DNA of 64,000 nucleotides from Escherichia coli (GTDB lineage Bacteria; Pseudomonadota; Gammaproteobacteria; Enterobacterales; Enterobacteriaceae): NCBI RefSeq assembly GCF_024298765.1, contig NZ_CP101210.1; one strand, 5' to 3'. Shown piece by piece: positions 1 to 7,002 of this stretch (position 1 is its first letter; each line of letters starts with the position of its first letter). The notes under the pieces were generated by a model. It saw only the letters and a program-made list of their open reading frames with translations, ran no database searches and was not told where the DNA came from. The position numbers and the translations under genes were made by a program.

Positions 1-31
1 GCTTTCTGGTGCCGCGGCTTATAACGCGACG

Positions 32-616
32 ATGGCGGCAATTGGTGGGGGCTCACTGGCTGCAGGGGGCATGGGAATGGCCGGCGGCGCAATGGTATTA
101 GGCACCGCAGTGGCTGCACCGTTGATTGCCATTGCGGGCTGGGCTTACGACAGACATGCGACGAAAGCTCTTGAAAATGCCCATCAGTGTGCCTGCGATG
201 TTGCACGGGCAGTTAAGAAAATGAATCTGGCCCGGGAGCATTTTGCAAAAGTTAATCAATACGTTGATGAAATTCTCGCTGCACTGAACAGAATGCATGC
301 TGTATTTATTAAACACTATTTTGAGCCGCTTAAATCCATGCATTCTGTTATTACAGAACAACAGGATATCAGTGTATCAGATGAAGTCATTGTGCTTATT
401 GACCATGGATATTCACTGGCCGCTATTATGACGGATATTATTACAACGCCACTGTTTAAACCGCGGAAACAGGAAAATGGTGAGGCAGTGATAAAAGATA
501 ACGTTATTGAAATGGAAACGGATGATAATGGAATGAACGTTATTAATAAGGATGAGCTGGATGATGTACTGGCCAGTTCGGTTGTGAAATTTGATGATTT
601 TTCATCCCAGAGTTAA
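32..616 (+). CDS. Hypothetical membrane-associated protein, probably 5'-partial (reading frame stays open to position 2 at the window edge); Gly-rich hydrophobic segment followed by helical region
   Basis: ORF track; no stop codon in frame between position 2 and 32; glycine-zipper-like hydrophobic stretch (AAGGMGMAGGAMVLGTAVAAPLIAIAGW); C-terminal module resembles that of the next gene. Confidence 0.4.
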   Translation: MAAIGGGSLAAGGMGMAGGAMVLGTAVAAPLIAIAGWAYDRHATKALENAHQCACDVARAVKKMNLAREHFAKVNQYVDEILAALNRMHAVFIKHYFEPLKSMHSVITEQQDISVSDEVIVLIDHGYSLAAIMTDIITTPLFKPRKQENGEAVIKDNVIEMETDDNGMNVINKDELDDVLASSVVKFDDFSSQS

Positions 617-662
617 TGATTTACCGGGCGTTAAAGCCCGGCTTTACAAGAAGTGAAATAAC

Positions 663-2234
663 ATGAATGTGGAAAAATTTGACTGGACAGAAGAGTTACA
701 TCAGACCATGGTGAAGAGCCTGGTTACATCATTCGGGCTGGATTTTCTGTTGCTAAATGATCGTAAGGGTGGTGATGTTGACACTATCCATAATGTGCGT
801 AATGGCATTTATGCCACGGAGGCTGAGCGACAGCGGTATGAAGGTCGTGGCGAATATGATTCTCATCATTACCACAGCCATGAGAACTATATCGCGACGA
901 ACCGGGAAGGAAAGCGTGCGCATCAGGCAGGGACTCTTACTGATGCATATACAGGCGAGGTGTTTGCTTCTGACGACAAAAAAAATCTGGATCATATTAT
1001 TTCCGCTAAAGAAATTCATGATGATCCGGGGAGAATTCTTGCTGAACGGGATGGTGCAGAACTGGCAAATGACGCTTCAAATCTGGCATTCACTCATGAG
1101 TCGCTCAATAAATCAAAGAAAGCAGACTCAATGGATGCGTTTATTTGCACGCTGCAGAAAAACAGAGAAGATACGTTAAGGCAGATAGCAGAGCTTGAAT
1201 CTCAGGCAACGCTGACAGAAAAGGAAAAGAAACGTCTGATAAGTCTGAGAAAAAAAGCTGATGCAGATACTGAGCGTATGGAAAGGGCTGATAAATATGC
1301 CCGGGAAAAATATGAGGCCACGATTAATCAGAGCTATTACCTGAGTAGTAAGTTTGCTACTGCTGTCGCCAGTGCTTCGCTTAATTCCGGTTTTCGTATG
1401 GGGACGCGACAGATGTTGGGGCTTATTCTTGCCGAGATCTGGTTCGAACTGAGGGAACGAATCCCGCATATTATCAGGCAGCAACGGAACTCATTCAGCG
1501 CCGGCAAATGCCTGTCCGAAATAACGTCAGCATTACGTGCCTGCCAGGAACGAGTACAGGAAAAATTCAGTTCTTTTTTAATTGCCTTTAAAGATGGTGT
1601 CATCGGAGGGATACTGTCAGGTATTACCACAACGCTGTTAAATATATTCCTGACAACGGAAAGAATGATTGTCCGGCTTATCAGGGAAATGTGGAACAAT
1701 CTCGTTCAGGCCTTTAAAGTCCTGGTATTTAATCCGGAGGGATTATCGCCGGGGCAGTTAGCCAAAGCGGTCACTAAACTGATAGCAGCAGGTGTGGCTG
1801 TTGCCGGAGGGGTGATGATAAATGAGGCGATGGCGCAGATCCTTATTTTCCCATTTGGTTCAGAGCTTGCTGCCTTTTGTGGTGCGCTGACGACAGGTAT
1901 TCTCGGGCTGGTGATGAATTATTATCTCGAATATAGCGAGGTTATGCAGCGGGTATGGGCATTTCTGGACAAATTTAAGGACAAATTCCAGCGGTCACTG
2001 GAATACTTTCAGGCAGTCAATGCTGAACTTGATCGCTATCTTGTGGAACTTACTGCACTGGAATTTTCTGTTGATGCTGCCGAGTTAAATCATTTTTCAC
2101 TTCATCTGGATAGCGTAAACAGTGAGATAGAGCGCGGACTTCTGCTGAGAGAAGAAGTCCGCCGACGAGGGATTGCGTTGCCGTTTGAGTCAGGAAATGT
2201 GGCTTCTGTTCGTGACTGGTTAAATAAGCGATGA
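663..2234 (+). CDS. Hypothetical protein: N-terminal HNH-like (His-Me finger) signature, central coiled-coil, C-terminal hydrophobic helical hairpin
   Basis: 523-aa ORF; motif DHIIS...NDASNL...HESLNKSK resembles the HNH core (DH...N...N.K) without zinc-binding cysteines; Lys/Glu-rich heptad-like stretch; ~40-aa hydrophobic hairpin (AAGVAVAGGVMINEAMAQILIFPFGSELAAFCGALTTGILGLVM). Confidence 0.5.
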   Translation: MNVEKFDWTEELHQTMVKSLVTSFGLDFLLLNDRKGGDVDTIHNVRNGIYATEAERQRYEGRGEYDSHHYHSHENYIATNREGKRAHQAGTLTDAYTGEVFASDDKKNLDHIISAKEIHDDPGRILAERDGAELANDASNLAFTHESLNKSKKADSMDAFICTLQKNREDTLRQIAELESQATLTEKEKKRLISLRKKADADTERMERADKYAREKYEATINQSYYLSSKFATAVASASLNSGFRMGTRQMLGLILAEIWFELRERIPHIIRQQRNSFSAGKCLSEITSALRACQERVQEKFSSFLIAFKDGVIGGILSGITTTLLNIFLTTERMIVRLIREMWNNLVQAFKVLVFNPEGLSPGQLAKAVTKLIAAGVAVAGGVMINEAMAQILIFPFGSELAAFCGALTTGILGLVMNYYLEYSEVMQRVWAFLDKFKDKFQRSLEYFQAVNAELDRYLVELTALEFSVDAAELNHFSLHLDSVNSEIERGLLLREEVRRRGIALPFESGNVASVRDWLNKR

Positions 2235-2497
2235 AATTACACCCTCCATTTCCCTGTAACCAGTGTGGGGCCTGTTGTCGTCATGTCAACAGGGCGGGTG
2301 AAACGCAATGTCTGGATCGTGGTGACGGTATTTGCCGTTACTATCAGACTGATTCTCATTTGTGTGCAATTTATGATAAACGCCCACAGATTTGCCGGGT
2401 TGAAGACCAGTATTTACTGAATTATCAGTCTCAGTACAGCTGGCAGGAGTTTATTGCATTAAACCAGGCCGCATGCCTTATTCTGAATAAACTGTAA
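2231..2497 (+). CDS. Small Cys-rich protein, YkgJ/UPF0153-like putative Zn/Fe-S binding domain (CxxCxxCC)
   Basis: 88-aa ORF with CNQCGACC motif plus further Cys; start overlaps upstream stop (ATGA), suggesting translational coupling. Confidence 0.5.
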   Translation: MKLHPPFPCNQCGACCRHVNRAGETQCLDRGDGICRYYQTDSHLCAIYDKRPQICRVEDQYLLNYQSQYSWQEFIALNQAACLILNKL

Positions 2498-2549
2498 TAC
2501 CATTAATGGCGGCGTCAGTACAGAAACTGAGAGAACATAAAGCAGTAAA

Positions 2550-2834
2550 ATGTCATACCGTTCAGCAGCCAGCGTTGCCTTCCCCGGCTGCTGTTATTGT
2601 AAGGCATTTTCGTTAAGAATGCAGAAGGAGAGGAGCGTGAGATTGCTGTTAAAAGGGCTCGTCGGAATGGCGCTGGCCTGGCTTGTTATTGGTTTCGGGA
2701 TGGAGTTATTTTTTCTCGCCGATCGGGTTCATCCGGCATTAAGAGTAATCGTTGGCCTGGGGATGTTATTCCTGATGATAATGATTGCGGGTGGTATGTG
2801 CGGTTCTCTTCTGTCACGAAAGAAAACATCATGA
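2550..2834 (+). CDS. Small predicted membrane protein (two hydrophobic helices); start codon uncertain
   Basis: ORF track; two ~20-aa hydrophobic segments; no recognisable family. Confidence 0.3.
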   Translation: MSYRSAASVAFPGCCYCKAFSLRMQKERSVRLLLKGLVGMALAWLVIGFGMELFFLADRVHPALRVIVGLGMLFLMIMIAGGMCGSLLSRKKTS

Positions 2835-2886
2835 CGTTCCTGTTTACGCCGCTACATTTGTGGTGGCTTTATGATTATTCAGAATA

Positions 2887-4560
2887 ATGAATTCACCTGT
2901 CGCGGCATGTTCAGCGACCAGCGCCGGACAGAAATATCGCTTTTTCTCAATTATTATGAAAATTAATCTTCCGTTCATACACTGGTCACGGATTAGCAAT
3001 GATAAGCGCCTCGTGTTATCAGTGGTTGTCTTTACCCTTTCTAATCTCCTTGTATCCTCAGGAGCGCATCTGATTTACCGGATATTATTCTTTATCCTGG
3101 CACTTCTTATTATTAAGGCAATGAAATCGATTACGTTGCGTTTGATTCTTGCCTTCCCGTTCACATTACTGACTGCTGCAGATATCAGTATCAGCCTGTA
3201 TTCATGGTGTACATTTGGCACAACATTTAATGATGGTTTTGCAATCAGTATCCTTCAGACAGATCCTGATGAAGTAATAAGAATGTTCAGGATGTATGTT
3301 GTTTATGTTATCGCATTTATTATCCTCTTTTTATTGTTCTTCTGTTCAGCAATAAATAAAACGTCCTCATTGCCATCGGAAAAGGTCACGGTAATTACAT
3401 TTTTATTGTTAATTACAGTAACGTTATATTCTTCCTTCCAGTTTGCGTTGAAGAAACAGTATCAAATAAATGAAGTTGATCCTTACATAGTCGCTTCCCG
3501 GTTTGCCACATATACCCCTTTCTTTAATCTGAACTATTTTGCACTGGCCGCAAAGGAGCATCAGAGATTAATGACGATTGCTGATACCATACCTCACTAC
3601 GATCTGGTGATTACGGATAACAACACTGACGTATTTGTTCTGGTGATTGGTGAATCTGCAAGGACTGATAACATGTCCATTTACGGGTATTCGCGCCCTA
3701 CCACACCAGAGCTTCAGAAACAGAAATCACGACTGAAACTGTTCACTCAGGCAATCAGTGGCGCACCTTACACCGCGCTGGCTGTTCCACTGGCGTTATC
3801 TGCCGATAGTGTACTGCATCATGATATCCGTAATTACCCTGATAACATTATCAACATGGCGAATCAGGCGGGGTTCGATACCTGGTGGCTCAGTGCGCAG
3901 TCCGCTTTCCGACAGAACGGAACGGCTGTGGCCAGTATCGCCATGCGGGCCAGAAACAGAATTTATGTCAGAGGCTATGATGAGTTACTGCTCCCACACC
4001 TGGCTGAAGCACTGAACAGTAATCCGGGGAGCAGGAAACTGATTGTTCTGCATCTGACGGGCAGCCATGAACCGGTTTGCAGTAACTGGCCCAGAGATAA
4101 AGCCGTGTTTAAACCGCTGGATACAGAAGAAGTCTGTTACGATAATTCCATTCATTATACCGACAGTTTGTTGGGACAGGTTTTCACCATGCTGGAAACG
4201 CGTCAGGCATCCGTCATGTATTTTTCAGATCACGGTCTGGAGTATGACCCGACAAAAGAACATGCCTATTTTCATGGTGGAATAAAACCCAGTCAGCAGG
4301 CTTATCATGTTCCGATGTTTATCTGGTACAGCCCGGCACTGGGAGAGCATGTCGATCGCCAGACGGTGAACAGCGTTTTTTCCACTGCGTATAATGATTA
4401 TCTGATTAATGCATGGATGGGCGTAACCAGACCGGCTCAACCGAAAACGCCGGAGGAGGTGATTACCCGCTGGCAGGGGAAATCCGTGGTTTTTGATGCC
4501 AGTCATAACGTGTTTGATTACAAAGTATTACGAAAGAACTTTAATGAACTCCAGGAATAA
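2887..4560 (+). CDS. Phosphoethanolamine transferase, sulfatase superfamily (EptA/YhbX/MCR-like): N-terminal multi-TM domain plus periplasmic catalytic domain
   Basis: N-terminal hydrophobic helices; motifs VLVIGESARTDNMSIYGY, HLTGSHEP and FSDHGLEYD typical of lipid A/LPS PEtN transferases; AT-rich coding sequence; alternative start at 2956 (MKINLPF) possible. Confidence 0.75.
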   Translation: MNSPVAACSATSAGQKYRFFSIIMKINLPFIHWSRISNDKRLVLSVVVFTLSNLLVSSGAHLIYRILFFILALLIIKAMKSITLRLILAFPFTLLTAADISISLYSWCTFGTTFNDGFAISILQTDPDEVIRMFRMYVVYVIAFIILFLLFFCSAINKTSSLPSEKVTVITFLLLITVTLYSSFQFALKKQYQINEVDPYIVASRFATYTPFFNLNYFALAAKEHQRLMTIADTIPHYDLVITDNNTDVFVLVIGESARTDNMSIYGYSRPTTPELQKQKSRLKLFTQAISGAPYTALAVPLALSADSVLHHDIRNYPDNIINMANQAGFDTWWLSAQSAFRQNGTAVASIAMRARNRIYVRGYDELLLPHLAEALNSNPGSRKLIVLHLTGSHEPVCSNWPRDKAVFKPLDTEEVCYDNSIHYTDSLLGQVFTMLETRQASVMYFSDHGLEYDPTKEHAYFHGGIKPSQQAYHVPMFIWYSPALGEHVDRQTVNSVFSTAYNDYLINAWMGVTRPAQPKTPEEVITRWQGKSVVFDASHNVFDYKVLRKNFNELQE

Positions 4561-4703
4561 TTCGTTAAAGTAATTTACGACTCTATTCTTTTTTAAAGGA
4601 AACTTTCAGAAAATGCCCCCAGGGCGATAACCTGGGGAAGGGGGACTGTGTTATTACTGGTGGATAAATTATTACTTGTTTGAAAGATACACTAATGCAA
4701 TAT

Positions 4704-5723
4704 CTACTGATGCTGGATGCTTGAGTGTTTCATTCCTGCTGCTGAAAACGGCAATATCCAGGGCCAGACATATTCACCGTTAATATTTCTGCATTTCTGT
4801 ACAATTTCCTCAGAAAGTGTCTCATCAATTCTTTCCCGCAACAGCTTCTGCTGTCTTAAAATGCTTTCGCATATTTCGAAATCATCTTCCTGCATCAGCA
4901 TTTCGGCGCATTTAATGATTTCTGCTCGTTCATGCAGCACAGAGGAATGGTTATAGAGCCAGTTTACAAACAGCAATGCTTCCGGATATTGTCCCCATAA
5001 TGGTGAGTATGTTGCATAGTAATCTTCTGCCGTATCCAGAGAGCCGGAGAAGTTATGCCGCACAGCAAGTGGAAATGGATGCAAATTTCCGCACAGCATT
5101 TCCGCGATGTAAGTGTTTGTAGCAAAGCCATGACGAAAAGCTGTGGCAGCCTTAACATGTTCCCCATTCAGAAAATGCAGAAGACCAAGTTCATACCAGT
5201 AAGGTGAAAATTCATCAGCATGCTCTTTCAGTACACTGAAGGCTTGCTTATGATCGCCTGTTCGTAACAGTTCTGAGCCCAACAACCAGCGGGCACCCTG
5301 ATTATCTTCAGGATTGTATGCCAGTATTTTATCAGTGAGCATAACCGCATCCTGATGACGCTGTAAGTGCACATTTGCGAGAATTGTTGCATAAAGCGCG
5401 CGCAGATAAGGGCGGTTTTCGGGATGCATCCAGATGATTTCACCACTGAAACTTTCCGGGATGAGACGATTACCTGCCGCCAGTCCTTTAAGAGCGGCGT
5501 TCAGTGCCTTACGCGGGGCATTCTGCTCCAGAAATGCATATGCCAGATGAGCGTGTATATCAATAAAGTCAGGCTCCTGTTGAGCAAGGCGTCTGAGTTT
5601 GTTGATATAACCCGTCTCACTGATTTCATCAGTGTCGTATGCATCAAGCACTTCTTCAAACTCCCCCAGTAATGGGCCAAACCAGGTATCCGGAAATACG
5701 AAACGACCCTGGTTATTGTTCAC
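4704..5723 (-). CDS. Hypothetical helical-repeat (TPR-like) protein; putative GTG start lies 9 bp from the IS1 end, possibly 5'-truncated or promoter-displaced
   Basis: 339-aa ORF; no ATG start, no Shine-Dalgarno upstream, frame runs into IS1 IRL before an in-frame stop at 5748..5750. Confidence 0.45.
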   Translation of the reverse strand: MNNNQGRFVFPDTWFGPLLGEFEEVLDAYDTDEISETGYINKLRRLAQQEPDFIDIHAHLAYAFLEQNAPRKALNAALKGLAAGNRLIPESFSGEIIWMHPENRPYLRALYATILANVHLQRHQDAVMLTDKILAYNPEDNQGARWLLGSELLRTGDHKQAFSVLKEHADEFSPYWYELGLLHFLNGEHVKAATAFRHGFATNTYIAEMLCGNLHPFPLAVRHNFSGSLDTAEDYYATYSPLWGQYPEALLFVNWLYNHSSVLHERAEIIKCAEMLMQEDDFEICESILRQQKLLRERIDETLSEEIVQKCRNINGEYVWPWILPFSAAGMKHSSIQHQ

Positions 5724-5787
5724 TTCAAAGCGGGTGATGCTGCCAACTTACTGATTTAGTGTATGATGGTGTTTTTGAGGTGCTCCA

Positions 5788-6063
5788 GTGGCTTCTGTTT
5801 CTATCAGCTGTCCCTCCTGTTCAGCTACTGACGGGGTGGTGCGTAACGGCAAAAGCACCGCCGGACATCAGCGCTATCTCTGCTCTCACTGCCGTAAAAC
5901 ATGGCAACTGCAGTTCACTTACACCGCTTCTCAACCCGGTACGCACCAGAAAATCATTGATATGGCCATGAATGGCGTTGGATGCCGGGCAACAGCCCGC
6001 ATTATGGGCGTTGGCCTCAACACGATTTTACGTCACTTAAAAAACTCAGGCCGCAGTCGGTAA
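5788..6063 (+). CDS. insA: IS1 InsA transposition protein
   Basis: 91-aa ORF recognised as IS1 InsA ([24 protein letters not shown]...). Confidence 0.85.
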
Positions 6064-6425
6064 CCTCGCGCATACAGCCGGGCAGTGACGTCATCGTCTG
6101 CGCGGAAATGGACGAACAGTGGGGCTATGTCGGGGCTAAATCGCGCCAGTTCGCCCGGATGTTGGGACTTGAACCGAAGAACACGGCGGTGCGGAGTCCG
6201 GAGAGTAACGGCATAGCAGAGAGCTTCGTGAAAACGATAAAGCGTGATTACATCAGTATCATGCCCAAACCAGACGGGTTAACGGCAGCAAAGAACCTTG
6301 CAGAGGCGTTCGAGCATTATAACGAATGGCATCCGCATAGTGCACTGGGTTATCGCTCGCCACGGGAATATCTACGGCAGCGGGCCAGTAATGGGTTAAG
6401 TGATAACAGGTGTCTGGAAATATAG
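5982..6425 (+). pseudogene. Chimeric ORF: IS1 InsB N-terminal ~56 aa fused in frame to IS3-family (IS2) transposase C-terminus
   Basis: First part matches IS1 InsB (…[20 protein letters not shown]); remainder has IS3-family transposase C-terminal motifs ([11 protein letters not shown]…[14 protein letters not shown]). Confidence 0.7.
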
Positions 6426-6436
6426 GGGCAAATCCA
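6150..6436 (+). mobile_element. IS2 3'-terminal fragment including right inverted repeat, nested inside IS1
   Basis: Ends ...GTTAAGTGATAACAGGTGTCTGGAAATATAGGGGCAAATCCA, matching the IS2 right end as recalled; encodes the transposase C-terminus. Confidence 0.7.
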
Positions 6437-6650
6437 CTGCATGACAAAGTCATCGGGCATTATCTGAACATAAAACACTATCAATAAGTTGGAGTCATTA
6501 CCGACGAAGCGATAGCGATAATGACTGAAAGCGGAAAAATAAAAACAAATTGAATAATGTGTTTGGTAATGAATTTATCGGGGGGAATTGGGCATATCTA
6601 CCGCTTACGTCGAGCCGCTCACACCCGGTCAATGACCTGACAATCTCCCG

Positions 6651-6674
6651 GCAAGTCCCGACGTCGGGACTTGC
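6651..6674. repeat. Perfect 24-bp palindrome GCAAGTCCCGACGTCGGGACTTGC in unassigned segment
   Basis: Direct reading; first 12 nt are the exact reverse complement of the last 12. Confidence 0.8.
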
Positions 6675-7002
6675 GCCCCTGACACCGAAAAATAGCAGGA
6701 ACCCGCTCGCTACGGGTCCTCAGCTCAGTGCAAACCTGACTCAGCTCCTGCATTGCATCCCCGAAATTACCACACTCAGTACTTCATCACCTGCCACCAA
6801 TACCCGTGTCAGTCCTTCGTGACCTGACGCAATTACCCGACTCAGAGCTTCAGAGTCAGCCGCCGGTACCTGCCCGGTGCTCGCCCCTGCGCAACCAAGA
6901 TAAATCGACCATTGGCAGACTGCGATCATTCGTATGCATCGCTGATGACGCGCCCGAAAAACGCGTTAATGTAAGTGTGGAACAATACTTTGTTACTATG
7001 CA

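Larger units (their letters stand above)
5733..6502 (+). mobile_element. IS1 element with both terminal inverted repeats present; interior (about 6150..6436) replaced by an IS2 3' fragment
   Basis: IRL GGTGATGCTGCCAACTTACTGAT at 5733; IRR complement ATCAATAAGTTGGAGTCATTACC ending at 6502; intact insA; insB diverges after ...GAKSRQ. Confidence 0.85.

Noticed and set aside
663-2234. Colicin/bacteriocin or dynamin-like (LeoA-type) identity for the 523-aa protein
   Set aside because: No receptor-binding or translocation domains and no opposite-strand immunity gene for a colicin; no P-loop GTPase motif for a dynamin-like protein. Left as uncharacterised.
5724-6511. 9-bp target-site duplication flanking IS1
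   Set aside because: Flanking 9-mers TTCAAAGCG and GACGAAGCG match at only 6 of 9 positions, so a simple single insertion event is not supported.
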